A stretch of 51,995 nt of DNA. Source: Acidimicrobiales bacterium. GTDB lineage: Bacteria > Actinomycetota > Acidimicrobiia > Acidimicrobiales > SZUA-35. Made by a program: the position numbers and the translations under genes. The stretch is taken from positions 1 through 51,995 of the forward strand of contig JBFGLT010000003.1 of the NCBI GenBank assembly GCA_041576015.1. Direction: 5' to 3'. The notes beneath the pieces were generated by a model. It was not told where the DNA came from. It did not search any database and saw only the letters and a list, made by a program, of their open reading frames with translations. Shown here in pieces: positions 27,415-36,719 of the stretch. Within the stretch, counting starts at the first letter, position 1, and every line of letters begins with the position of its first letter.

Positions 27415-28665
27415 ATGGACTTCGACCTCCCGCCCGACGACGATCCCCGGCGGACCGAGGTGCGGCGCTGGCTGGCCGAGCACCCCGACCCCAGCCAGCG
27501 GGAACTGGCCGACGCCGGCTACGTCGTCCCGCACTGGCCCGAGCCGTGGGGGCTCGGTGCCGATCCGATCCACCAGCTGATCCTGGCCGAAGAGCTCGAC
27601 GGACGGGGGAGTGGCAACGCCATCGGTGTCGGGTGGGCGGCGCCGACGATCCTGCTCGCCGGCACCGAGGAGCAGAAGCGCCGCTACCTCCCGGCGATCT
27701 TCGACCACACCGAGATCTGGTGCCAGCTGTTCTCCGAACCCGACGCCGGATCGGATCTTGCCAACCTGGCCACCAGGGCGGTTCGGGACGGTGACGAGTA
27801 CGTGATCAACGGCTCCAAGATCTGGTCCAGTGGGGCCCATCACGCCCAGATGGGGATCCTTCTGGCCCGTACCGACCCCGACGCCCCCAAGCACCGGGGC
27901 ATCTCCTACTTCCTGTGCCCGATGGACACGCCGGGAATCACCATGGCGCCGATCGTTGACATGACGACGGCGCACTCGTTCAACCAGGTCTTCTTCGACG
28001 ACGTGCGACTCCACGAGTCACTTCGCGTGGGCGAGGAGGGCGACGGCTGGCGACTGGCCAAGGTCACCCTCGCCAACGAGCGGATCTCGCTCTCCTCGGC
28101 GGGATCGCTGTGGGGCGAGGGACCCTCCGCCGCTGCTCTCATCGACCTCGTGCGGGCGTCGGGCGGTGTGCGGGACCCGCTACTGCGCCAGCGCTTCGCC
28201 ACGCTCTACTCGAACGCCGAGGTGCTCCGGCTCAACCGAATGCGCACCCTGAGCGCTCAACTCCAGGGGAGGACGCCGGGAGCCGAGGCTTCGATCCAGA
28301 AGCTCATGGCCGATGAGCATGGCCAGGAGACGATGGAGCTGGCCAAGGCGTTCGCCGGCCCCGACGGCATGATCGAGGGATCGGGACCGCCCGGGGATCT
28401 GCCGGCTCCGATGCGCAACGGCGCCACGGAGATCAACTTCCCCAGGGGTTCGGACAGCCCGTACCCGGCGGTTGATCCCGTCTGGCACTACGGGTTCTTG
28501 TTCGCGCCCGCCCTGACCCTTGGCGGCGGCACGTGGGCGATCCAGCGCAACATCATCGCCGAACAGGTGCTCGGGCTGCCTCGCGAACCGAATGTCGAGC
28601 AGGGGATGGGGTGGGCCGAGTCCCGGTCCCGCCGCGCTCCGCCGCCCGATCCAATGCCGGGGTGA
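27415..28665 (+). CDS. Acyl-CoA dehydrogenase (FadE-like)
   Basis: WCQLFSEPDAGSDLA, NGSKIWSS, FNQVFFDDV and GGGT..IQRNII motifs. Confidence 0.9.
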   Translation: MDFDLPPDDDPRRTEVRRWLAEHPDPSQRELADAGYVVPHWPEPWGLGADPIHQLILAEELDGRGSGNAIGVGWAAPTILLAGTEEQKRRYLPAIFDHTEIWCQLFSEPDAGSDLANLATRAVRDGDEYVINGSKIWSSGAHHAQMGILLARTDPDAPKHRGISYFLCPMDTPGITMAPIVDMTTAHSFNQVFFDDVRLHESLRVGEEGDGWRLAKVTLANERISLSSAGSLWGEGPSAAALIDLVRASGGVRDPLLRQRFATLYSNAEVLRLNRMRTLSAQLQGRTPGAEASIQKLMADEHGQETMELAKAFAGPDGMIEGSGPPGDLPAPMRNGATEINFPRGSDSPYPAVDPVWHYGFLFAPALTLGGGTWAIQRNIIAEQVLGLPREPNVEQGMGWAESRSRRAPPPDPMPG

Positions 28666-28682
28666 GATCAGGTCGATCGAGC

Positions 28683-29165
28683 TCAGAGATCGATCGGGTT
28701 GGCCAAGTCGTCGATCACGGTGGCACCGAGGGCGGTCAGGATCTCCGGTGGTGCGACGACCTTGCGGTCCCTGCTCCCGCCCCCCAGCACGATCTGGCTC
28801 CGTTCCATCACCCGCCCGTCGACCCACACCGGCACACCGTCGGGGAGGCCGAACGGTGTGACCCCCCCAATCGTCATCCCGGTGATTCGTTCGGTGTGCT
28901 CCGCATCGGCGAATGACGCCTTACGAACGCCGAGACGCTTGCGGACGACCCGGTTCACGTCGAGGCGGGAATCGGCCAGCAGGACGCAGGCGACGTTGAC
29001 CGGCGGGTCCGACTTGCCGACCACGACGATCGTGTTGGCCGAGTCGGCCAAGTCATAGCCGTAGGCCTCGCAGAACTGGGCGGTGTCGGCCAGGGCGGGG
29101 TCGCAGGGGATGATCTCGTGATCGACGTCGAGTCGGCCGAGGATGTCCAGCAACCAATCGCTCAT
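28683..29165 (-). CDS. YbaK/EbsC-family aminoacyl-tRNA editing domain protein
   Basis: ITGMTIGGVTPFGL and LGGGSR motifs; leaderless TAGGGT. Confidence 0.85.
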   Translation of the reverse strand: MSDWLLDILGRLDVDHEIIPCDPALADTAQFCEAYGYDLADSANTIVVVGKSDPPVNVACVLLADSRLDVNRVVRKRLGVRKASFADAEHTERITGMTIGGVTPFGLPDGVPVWVDGRVMERSQIVLGGGSRDRKVVAPPEILTALGATVIDDLANPIDL

Positions 29166-29237
29166 GCAGTTGACCCTAGGAGCCCGGCGACCCGATCGTG
29201 ACCGCGGCCGGGCGCCGGCTCGGTCCGCCTCGCCGGT

Positions 29238-29253
29238 AGGGCCTTCCTGCCCT
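29238..29253 (+). promoter_or_regulatory. DosR/OsdR-like box
   Basis: AGGGCCTTCCTGCCCT (AGGGC-N6-GCCCT palindrome), with TACACCT 21 nt downstream. Confidence 0.5.
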
Positions 29254-29332
29254 TGTCGGAAGCTCTGAGTGCGCTACACCTGGAAGTAGCCGGTGACACT
29301 CCACCGGTCGATCCCCCTCTGGAGAACCCGCT

Positions 29333-30127
29333 GTGGAGACCACCGCGAAGCCAGCCCGTCTCGTTGTCGCCCTCATCGTGATGACGGGAGTGCTCGTGGC
29401 CTGCGGAAGTGGCGATGAATCCTCCGACACGACCACGACCACGACCACGACCGAGGCGACGACATCCACGACCGAGGGGACGACATCGACGACCGAGGCG
29501 ACCACGACCACGACCGAATCGTCGACCAGCACCGAGGCCACGACGTCCCCGTCGGCGGTGACGCTCGACCAGCCGGCCATCGGGCCGGCCGCCGACGTCG
29601 TGTTCACCACCCCGACCGCCGCTGCCGAGGACTTCGTGACCAAGGCGCTCGGGGTGCCCGCCGATCTCGGGGAGTTCATGCAGGGTGACTCCCGCAGCGG
29701 CGAAATGGAGGTGTACTTCCCCGGCGAAGGCGCCAACGCCACCCGGGTTCTCCGGGGCCTTCTCCTTCTACGACAGCTCGGTCCCGAGAGCGGCTGGTTC
29801 GTCCTGGCCGCCGTCAACACCAACGCCGCCATCACCGCACCGGACTCGACGGCCGAGGTGGCGGCGGGACCCCTCACCGTCGAGGGCGTGGGCCGCGGCT
29901 TCGAGGCGACCGTCATCGTCGAGGCGTTCGTGGCCGGACAGGACACGCTGCTCGATCAGGTGGTGACCTCCGGCGGGTCCTTCGAGACCCCCGAACCTTT
30001 CACCGTCACCCTCGACCTGTCCGGGGCCCAACCGGGCGATGTCGTGGGCCTGTTGGTTCGAGGCGGAGTAGGGCTCGAGACCGACCCTGGCGACTTCGGT
30101 GCGATTCCGGTGGTGATCGCCGTCTGA
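29333..30127 (+). CDS. Lipoprotein with Thr-rich linker and C-terminal Gmad2-like immunoglobulin domain
   Basis: Lipobox LVAC, poly-Thr linker and VEGVGRGFEATV segment. Confidence 0.7.
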   Translation: METTAKPARLVVALIVMTGVLVACGSGDESSDTTTTTTTTEATTSTTEGTTSTTEATTTTTESSTSTEATTSPSAVTLDQPAIGPAADVVFTTPTAAAEDFVTKALGVPADLGEFMQGDSRSGEMEVYFPGEGANATRVLRGLLLLRQLGPESGWFVLAAVNTNAAITAPDSTAEVAAGPLTVEGVGRGFEATVIVEAFVAGQDTLLDQVVTSGGSFETPEPFTVTLDLSGAQPGDVVGLLVRGGVGLETDPGDFGAIPVVIAV

Positions 30128-30194
30128 CAGATCACTGGTGTCCGGCTCCGCAGGGGCTCGCGTCGTAGCCGGGCACCAGTCTCCTTCACCTCGA

Positions 30195-31742
30195 TCATCC
30201 CAGCCGCTCGAGCAGATTGGCGGTGATCTGCTGAACGAGCGGGTCGGTGTCGAGTCCGTAGGCCCAGTCGGTCGTGCCGGCGTTCACGACCGTGCCGCCG
30301 GTCGATCCGAAAACGGCGAACACCGCATGACCCTCGCCGATGCGGGTCACGTGTTCGGATCGATCGTCGCCGAAGAGCACGCCGGCCACGAACTCGAGGT
30401 CTCCGGGTGGCACGACCGACCCCCAGATGGCCACCGGGGCCTCGCAGCGTTCGGCGGTGATCGAGATCAGCCGGGCCGGCGCCGTCGCCAAGATCGACAG
30501 ATCGGCCGGTGCACCGTCGACCCCGGTGGGCACGGGCCGGCCGCCGGACCACTCGAACGCACAACCGTCCACCTCGTAGCCGACGATGCCGTCGGTGGTC
30601 CCGAACGAGCGGTCGTCGCGCAGGCCGGTGCCGTCGAAGACCCAGTGTTCGGGGCGGTGGACGACGAATCCGCCGTCGCCGCCGGGCACTGCTCCGCCGA
30701 TCCGGTGATAGCCGCCCCGAGTGAAGGTGAGACCGGTCGTGAGCGTCTCGGGCCGCCCGATCAGCGGATCCGACCAAATACTGGTCAGCCGGGAAACGTC
30801 GTCGCCCGAGATCACCGGATCGTCGGTCCTCGCCCGACCCTTGTGGCACACCATCGACCGACCCCCGTCCTCGAATCGGACCTGCCAGAAGCATGTGTTC
30901 CCGCTGAGGATCACCCAGTTGCCGCCGCCGGTGACGAACCGGTCGACACGATCCCGCATTCCCCAGGACCAGTACTCGTCGTGACCGACCGATAGCAGGA
31001 GCGGCGCACCGTCGAGAACCTCGGGATGGAACTCCAGATCAGCATTGACGGCGACATCGATGGTGGAACCGATCGATGATGCCCACCGGACGAATCGTCG
31101 CTCCCAGTTGTGCCAACCGGCCGAGGACGTCCAGAGCGGGTAGTCGAAGCGGTGCTGATAGGCGACCACCCGACGGTGTTCAGGATCGCCGTCGGTCGCC
31201 GCCAGGCGCCCGTCGTAGTCGGTCTCGAACGGGGCCGCTGGACGGCGGAGATACCCCCGCTCCAGGGGTCGGGTGAAGGCCACCCGGTGGGCTCCCGAGT
31301 ACAGGCAGCGCCCTCCCCACTGGTTGTAGGCGTTCCAGGTGTTGGTGCTCAGGACGAGCAGTGGGTTGCCGGTCGGGCGTGCCGGGGACGGGCGGATCAC
31401 GAAGAAGGCCTCGGACACCGCCGCCGGTCCCTCCACACTGTCGGCGATGAACCGCACCTCGTAGTACCCGGACGGCCAGTCCGAACCGGTCTGGATCCCA
31501 AACGCTGTCGGCCAGTCGCACCCGTCGGCGACGGCAGTCGCTCCCACGCCGTGATCGCCGGCGGAGAGTCCCTCTCGCCGCCACATCTCGGTCGGTCCGT
31601 CACGCACCAGCCGGACCACGACCGAGAACGATGCGGCGCGGCTGGCGACCTGTACCGGAACCTCGTCGCCCGCCGTCACGCTGATCGGCCAGCAGTACCC
31701 CTCCACGGCCGGCCACCGCGTGTAGTGAGGAATGGCGGTCAC
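30195..31742 (-). CDS. N,N-dimethylformamidase large-subunit-like amidohydrolase
   Basis: TWNAYNQWGG..LY, GHDEYWS, SGNTCFWQVR, GYEVD and NAGTTDW motifs; GTGA overlap with the upstream gene. Confidence 0.8.
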   Translation of the reverse strand: MTAIPHYTRWPAVEGYCWPISVTAGDEVPVQVASRAASFSVVVRLVRDGPTEMWRREGLSAGDHGVGATAVADGCDWPTAFGIQTGSDWPSGYYEVRFIADSVEGPAAVSEAFFVIRPSPARPTGNPLLVLSTNTWNAYNQWGGRCLYSGAHRVAFTRPLERGYLRRPAAPFETDYDGRLAATDGDPEHRRVVAYQHRFDYPLWTSSAGWHNWERRFVRWASSIGSTIDVAVNADLEFHPEVLDGAPLLLSVGHDEYWSWGMRDRVDRFVTGGGNWVILSGNTCFWQVRFEDGGRSMVCHKGRARTDDPVISGDDVSRLTSIWSDPLIGRPETLTTGLTFTRGGYHRIGGAVPGGDGGFVVHRPEHWVFDGTGLRDDRSFGTTDGIVGYEVDGCAFEWSGGRPVPTGVDGAPADLSILATAPARLISITAERCEAPVAIWGSVVPPGDLEFVAGVLFGDDRSEHVTRIGEGHAVFAVFGSTGGTVVNAGTTDWAYGLDTDPLVQQITANLLERLG

Positions 31743-32620
31743 GGTTTGTCGAGACGCTCGACGAAGGTTGCAAATGACTCGTTGGCGGTGGAGAACTCCG
31801 ACACGACGCGTACCTTCTCGTCGGTGCCTCGAAGAACGGCGAGCGGGTCCTGTTGATCGCCGACGTATCCGAGAGCGAATGCACCCTGCTGGTAGCCCAT
31901 CATCCGGAGCAGATCATCGTCGAGCGTGCGGGCGATCTCGGGCGGGCAGGCGAGATACTGGTTCTCCTCCTGGCGTACCCACCCGACGGCATACGTGATG
32001 TTCACCCCCTGCCGTACGGCGTCGCTCCGGTTGGCTCCGCCTCCGTGGAGGACCTTTCCATCGTAGAACAGCACACTGCCACGTGGCATCTCGGCCTGGA
32101 TCTGGGGCACGTCGGCCGCGTCGGCATCGGTCATCGCGCTGGTTCGGGGCCGGATGTGAGTGGCCCCGTTCCGGGCAGTGAAGTCGGTCAGCGCCCACAT
32201 CGTGTTGCACTGGACGTGGTACTCGGCCGGGAACGGAAAGTAGTCGAAGGCCATCTGGTCGCGGTGCAATTTCTGCTGGGTCTCGCCCGGCTCGATGGTG
32301 ATGATCTGGGTGAGGTGGAGCTGGATGGTGGTGGCGCCGGTCAGGAACTCGCGGACGGTGTCGACGACCAGCGGGTGCATGACCAGCTCTCGTGCCGTCG
32401 GACAGCGGGCGATCAGCGCGCCGGTCCGTAGCGTGTGGGTGCCGTCGTACACGTCGCGTCCATGGGCCGAGGCCTCGATGTACGGCGCCGCCTCGCCGGC
32501 GAGCCGGTCGAGCAATGCGGCATCGGCGAGGTTCTCGACGACCACATAGCCGAACCGGCGGAGCGCTTCGGCCACCTCCGAGGGTGCGGCATGCGGTTCG
32601 AAGCGGGCGCTCGTGACCAT
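31739..32620 (-). CDS. Phytanoyl-CoA dioxygenase (PhyH) family Fe(II)/2-oxoglutarate oxygenase
   Basis: Q.LHRD, ALTDFT..NGAT, LHGGGAN and RQEENQYL motifs; leaderless TATCGT. Confidence 0.88.
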   Translation of the reverse strand: MVTSARFEPHAAPSEVAEALRRFGYVVVENLADAALLDRLAGEAAPYIEASAHGRDVYDGTHTLRTGALIARCPTARELVMHPLVVDTVREFLTGATTIQLHLTQIITIEPGETQQKLHRDQMAFDYFPFPAEYHVQCNTMWALTDFTARNGATHIRPRTSAMTDADAADVPQIQAEMPRGSVLFYDGKVLHGGGANRSDAVRQGVNITYAVGWVRQEENQYLACPPEIARTLDDDLLRMMGYQQGAFALGYVGDQQDPLAVLRGTDEKVRVVSEFSTANESFATFVERLDKP

Positions 32621-32661
32621 GACCGAACGATAGAGCGGGCGCGCCCGACCTGCCGAGTGCG

Positions 32662-33177
32662 CTACCGGTCCAGCGTGCGGTAGAGGAGGGCGGTGTCCCA
32701 GTAGCGGCCGTTCTTCCAGCCGATCTCGGGCAGGGTGCCGCCCACCACGAAGCCGAGCGACCGGTGCAGCGCCATCGACGCCGGATTCGGCAGGGCGACG
32801 ATGGCCACCGCGGTGTGGACGTTCTGCTCCACCAGCCGATCGAGGAGACCGCCGAGCAGAAGGGTTCCGAGCCCGTGCCCTCGCACGTCCACGTCCAGGA
32901 CGATCGTGGTCTCCATCGAGCAGCGGTAGGCGGACTTGGGCCGGTACCAACTGGAGTAGCTCACGCCCACCACCCGATCGTCGAGCTCGGCGACTAGGCA
33001 GGTCAGAGCCGGATCTCTCGCCGCCCACCACCGGCGGCGGCGGTCGAGATCGAACGGCTCGGTGTCGAACGACACGTGGTTGTCGACAATCGTCCAGTTG
33101 TAGATCTCGTTGATCCGGTCCAGGTCGGCATCGGTGGCATCGCGCACGCCAGGCTGTCGAGACCGAACCGGGGGCAT
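32662..33177 (-). CDS. GNAT N-acetyltransferase (phosphinothricin/methionine-sulfoximine acetyltransferase-like)
   Basis: IYN..I, RGHGLG, NPASMALH..LGF and GWKNGRYWD motifs. Confidence 0.88.
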   Translation of the reverse strand: MPPVRSRQPGVRDATDADLDRINEIYNWTIVDNHVSFDTEPFDLDRRRRWWAARDPALTCLVAELDDRVVGVSYSSWYRPKSAYRCSMETTIVLDVDVRGHGLGTLLLGGLLDRLVEQNVHTAVAIVALPNPASMALHRSLGFVVGGTLPEIGWKNGRYWDTALLYRTLDR

Positions 33178-33217
33178 CGATGGGCAATCTACCGGCGGTA
33201 CAAACTACCGTGGCAGC

Positions 33218-34381
33218 ATGGCGAGCGCGACCGTGACCGACCCCGATCGCTGTGATCTCGACGAGTTCCGCGCCCTCGTCGAGACCGACGTCTCGGTGGA
33301 CGACTACCCGTGCGCGTCCGGCATCGAGCGAGGAGCGCTGGTGTACGACTCGGAACGCCTGCGGGCGGACCTGACCACCCCCGGCTTCGAAGCGACGGTC
33401 CGCAACGAGATCGCACGAGCGCTCTCGGATGGGCCCGGCATCATCGTGCTGAGCGGGGCGCTCGCCGGCGGCGTCGTCGACCCGGCGACGACGGCCTTCG
33501 AAGCGCTGATCGAGGATCAGCGCCGGTCGGACCACCAGAGTGGTGACCACTACGCCAAACCGGGAGCGAACGATCGGGTGTGGAACGCTCTCGAGAAGCT
33601 GGCCGTCCACGCGCCCGAGGTGTTCGTCGACTACTACAGCAACGACATGCTGGCCCTTGGCTGCCTCGCCTGGCTCGGTCCCAACTACCAGATCACCTCG
33701 CAGGTCAACGTGGTCAATCCGGGCGGGGAGGCGCAGGTGCCCCACCGGGACTACCACCTCGGGTTCATGACCGACCAGATGGCCAGCCGGTACCCGGTGC
33801 ACGCCCACCGTCTGTCGCCGGTGCTGACCCTGCAGGGGGCGGTCGCTCACTGCGACATGCCCGTGGAGTCGGGCCCGACGATGTATCTTCCGCACTCGCA
33901 GAAGTACGACCTCGGATACCTGGCCTGGCGTCGCCCGGAGTTCGTCGAGTACTTCGCCGACCGTCACGTGCAGGTACCCCTGGCCAAGGGGGATGCCGTC
34001 TTCTTCAGCCCGGCGATGTTCCACGGCGCCGGAACCAACCGCACCACCGACGTACGTCGTATGGCCAATCTCCTGCAGATCGGATCGGCGATGGGCCGGA
34101 CGCTCGAGGCGGTCGACCGGCATCGGGTCGTGACGGCGATTTATCCGGCCCTGCTCGATCGTGCGAAGCACGGGATCCCCGACCGGCTGCTCGGTCATGC
34201 CATCGCCGCCGCCGCCGAGGGCTACGCGTTTCCGACGAACCTCGATCGCGATCCTCCGCTGGACGGTCTCACGCCGCCCTCCCAGGCCGACCTAGTCCTC
34301 GACGCGCTGGCCGAGCGGCTCGATCCAGAGGATCTCGGAAAGCGGCTGGACGAGCACGCCGCCCGCCGACGCACCCACTAA
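33218..34381 (+). CDS. Long-form PhyH-family Fe(II)/2-oxoglutarate dioxygenase
   Basis: AQVPHRDYHLGF and FHGAGTN...R motifs; leaderless TACCGT. Confidence 0.82.
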   Translation: MASATVTDPDRCDLDEFRALVETDVSVDDYPCASGIERGALVYDSERLRADLTTPGFEATVRNEIARALSDGPGIIVLSGALAGGVVDPATTAFEALIEDQRRSDHQSGDHYAKPGANDRVWNALEKLAVHAPEVFVDYYSNDMLALGCLAWLGPNYQITSQVNVVNPGGEAQVPHRDYHLGFMTDQMASRYPVHAHRLSPVLTLQGAVAHCDMPVESGPTMYLPHSQKYDLGYLAWRRPEFVEYFADRHVQVPLAKGDAVFFSPAMFHGAGTNRTTDVRRMANLLQIGSAMGRTLEAVDRHRVVTAIYPALLDRAKHGIPDRLLGHAIAAAAEGYAFPTNLDRDPPLDGLTPPSQADLVLDALAERLDPEDLGKRLDEHAARRRTH

Positions 34382-34470
34382 TCCCACGTCGCAGGCCTTT
34401 TTCGGTGCCGGGATCGGCGAGTCGAGGATTTCACCTCTAGAGTTTCCGGCGTTCTGTCGATTACCCAAGG

Positions 34471-35139
34471 GTGGATCAGTTGCAGCATCGACCTCTCGTC
34501 CTTCCCGGACCCCGCGCCATCTTTCGTCACTCGTGGCCCAAGATTCTGGAAGGCAAGGTCATTCCCCTCGTGCTGTTCCTGGGATTCCTCGACCTTCTCG
34601 GCACGACCGGCGCCCTCCTGTCCGCGCTCGGCTGGTCCCTGGCGGTCGTCGCCTACCGCGTCAGGAACAAGAGCAAGGTGCCGGGCCTGGTCATCTTGAG
34701 CACCATCGGCCTGGCGGCCAAGACGGCGCTCGCCCTGGCCACGGGCAGCCTGGTCGTGTACTTCCTCCAGCCGACCATCTCCACCGCGCTGGTCGGCTTC
34801 GCCTTCCTGATCTCGGTGCCCCTCAAACGGCCGCTGGCCGAGCGGCTGGCACACGACTTCTGCCCGTTCGATCCCGAGACCGCAGAGCATCCGATGCTGC
34901 GGCTGTTCTTCCTGCGTCTGTCACTCCTGTGGGCCGTGACCAGCCTGATCAACGCCAGCTTCACCCTGTGGCTCCTGTTCACCCAGGACGTTGCCACCTT
35001 CGTGGTGATCAAGTCCTTCACCGGTCCGACCTTCACCGCCCTCACCCTCGGCGCCGCCGCCCTCTGGTTCCGAGCCCGCATGCGGCGCTCGGGCCTGCAC
35101 CTGAAGTTCGGCTCCACTCTGGCGGTCACCGCCGCCTAG
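34471..35139 (+). CDS. Integral membrane protein (VC0807/DUF3159-like)
   Basis: About 6 hydrophobic segments; YFLQP and RPLAERLAHDF motifs. Confidence 0.65.
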   Translation: MDQLQHRPLVLPGPRAIFRHSWPKILEGKVIPLVLFLGFLDLLGTTGALLSALGWSLAVVAYRVRNKSKVPGLVILSTIGLAAKTALALATGSLVVYFLQPTISTALVGFAFLISVPLKRPLAERLAHDFCPFDPETAEHPMLRLFFLRLSLLWAVTSLINASFTLWLLFTQDVATFVVIKSFTGPTFTALTLGAAALWFRARMRRSGLHLKFGSTLAVTAA

Positions 35140-35155
35140 GTCGGCGAACCGGCCC

Positions 35156-35791
35156 ATGGCGATACAGATTGTCGCCCACCGAGCCGGGAACGACCTGGCA
35201 CTGGCTGCTCGTTGCGCCGATCAGGGTCATGTGATCGAGGCCGATGTCCACCGTGGTCGAGGTGGCCGTCTCGAGGTCCGGCACGGCAAACGCCTATGGC
35301 CGACCTCCCGGCTCTGGGAGCGGTGGTATCTGCTTCCCCCCGGTGCCGAGGACGTCGAACTCGGCGAGCTGCTCGCCGCGGTCGGTGCCGGCACCCACCT
35401 CTGGCTCGACTTGAAGGGCCCCGATCCCCGGCTGGCCGGCGAGGTGGCGACCGCCATCGGCGCTCGGGTCCCGGTGACGGTGTCCAGCAAGGCGTGGTGG
35501 CTCCTCGGGCGTTTCCGCCGGCGGTCAGGGGTCAGGACGATGCGGTCGGCGGGGAACCGCGCCGAATTGGCCCTTTTGCGGTGGCTGCCGTCCCGAGTCC
35601 GCCCCGACGGATCGGTCGTCCACAGCCGTTTGCTCGATGAGGCCACCATGGCCTGGCTCCAAACGCGAGGCCCGGTGTTCACGTGGTTCGTCACCGACGT
35701 CGAGACCCGCGACCGGCTGCTCGCCCTCGGTGTCGACGGCCTGATCCTCGATGACCTGGCGCTGGCGCCGCAGGCCGGGCCCGAGGTGTGA
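35156..35791 (+). CDS. Glycerophosphodiester phosphodiesterase family protein (short form)
   Basis: VAHRAG, IEADV, LDLK and GVDGLILD motifs. Confidence 0.75.
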   Translation: MAIQIVAHRAGNDLALAARCADQGHVIEADVHRGRGGRLEVRHGKRLWPTSRLWERWYLLPPGAEDVELGELLAAVGAGTHLWLDLKGPDPRLAGEVATAIGARVPVTVSSKAWWLLGRFRRRSGVRTMRSAGNRAELALLRWLPSRVRPDGSVVHSRLLDEATMAWLQTRGPVFTWFVTDVETRDRLLALGVDGLILDDLALAPQAGPEV

Positions 35792-36541
35792 GGTCCGCCG
35801 GGCGATCCGCAGGGTCGCCCGGTCGGCGATGAACAGCCCCGTCATCGCCACGGCGGCGCCGGCGATGGCGTCGACCACATAGTGGTTGGCAGTCGTCACG
35901 ACGGCGACGGTCATGGCCGCCGGCCCGGCGATGGCGAAGAACTTGACCAACCGGTTGGGTGATGCCCGGAAGAGCGCGTAGCCGACGAGCAGATTCCAGC
36001 CGACGTGGAGGCTGGGCATGGCCGCGTACTTGTTGACCAGACTCGGCGGTTGCAGTAACCGGTACGACGTCGAGTACTCCGTGACGGTGTCGGTGAAGCC
36101 CGGCAGGAGGCGGGGCGGGGCCACGGGGAACCGCACGAAGATGATCAATCCGATGGCGCCGGAGATGAACATGGCATTGCGGAGCAGCAGGTAGCCGACT
36201 CGGTGCCGGGCGTGCAGCCAGAAGAGGGTGGCGATGATCACCGGCCAGTGGAGCCAGATGTAGGCCCAATTGGACAGCGTGGTCCGCAGACGTGAGTCGG
36301 TCACGATCGACTGGGCCTGGTCCTCCCAGGCAAGTCCGACCTGTTCCTCGAGGTCGAGGATCTGCTGGCCGTTCTCGACCGCCGCCGACTCGGCCCCCTC
36401 GGTCGCCCCCCGGACGGCGAAGTAGAACAGGATGGCACAACCGACCAGGACGATCTGTTTCAGCAGTTCCCACCACGGTGACACGGGCGCGATATCCGCC
36501 CCGTCGGTGTGTCGGTGCACGTGCGTGGTGAGGAGGGACAT
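35525..36541 (-). CDS. PAP2-superfamily membrane phosphotransferase (Aur1/IPC-synthase-like, PAP2_3)
   Basis: PVAPPR, AMPSLHVGW and TANHYVVD motifs; the last ~88 codons overlap the GDPD gene antisense. Confidence 0.8.
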   Translation of the reverse strand: MSLLTTHVHRHTDGADIAPVSPWWELLKQIVLVGCAILFYFAVRGATEGAESAAVENGQQILDLEEQVGLAWEDQAQSIVTDSRLRTTLSNWAYIWLHWPVIIATLFWLHARHRVGYLLLRNAMFISGAIGLIIFVRFPVAPPRLLPGFTDTVTEYSTSYRLLQPPSLVNKYAAMPSLHVGWNLLVGYALFRASPNRLVKFFAIAGPAAMTVAVVTTANHYVVDAIAGAAVAMTGLFIADRATLRIARRTSHLGPGLRRQRQVIEDQAVDTEGEQPVAGLDVGDEPREHRASRLEPGHGGLIEQTAVDDRSVGADSGRQPPQKGQFGAVPRRPHRPDP

Positions 36542-36641
36542 CGTCGGGTCGCTCGGGGGACGGTTGCGAGAAGACTCCCCGGTGCCATCCTGATCGTACT
36601 GGTGGGCGGCGTCGCTTGGTCCTAGTTCTCATTCGTCGAGA

Positions 36642-36657
36642 CGGGCCTATGGTCTCT
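36642..36657 (+). promoter_or_regulatory. DosR/OsdR-like box
   Basis: CGGGCCTATGGTCTCT; core matches GGGACTWWAGTCCC at 11/14 positions; AAGCAT follows after 22 nt. Confidence 0.45.
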
Positions 36658-36719
36658 TCCCTCCCCGGCTGTGTCGCAGAAGCATGAGAGTGGGCCCATG
36701 AAGCGGCGACAGGAGGTCG

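Noticed and set aside
29425-29545. ACC/ACG-rich repetitive DNA
   Set aside because: Explained by the Thr-rich linker of a lipoprotein; not an independent repeat element.
31739-34198. 819-aa ORF suggesting a large fusion protein
   Set aside because: Only the last 293 codons are PhyH-like; the upstream part overlaps the GNAT gene in another frame and is antisense to the second PhyH gene, and a leaderless promoter marks ATG 32620.
34438-34463. Sigma-28/WhiG-like promoter TAGAGTTT-N10-GTCGATTA
   Set aside because: The spacer is one base short, both boxes have mismatches, and there is only one instance; too weak to call.
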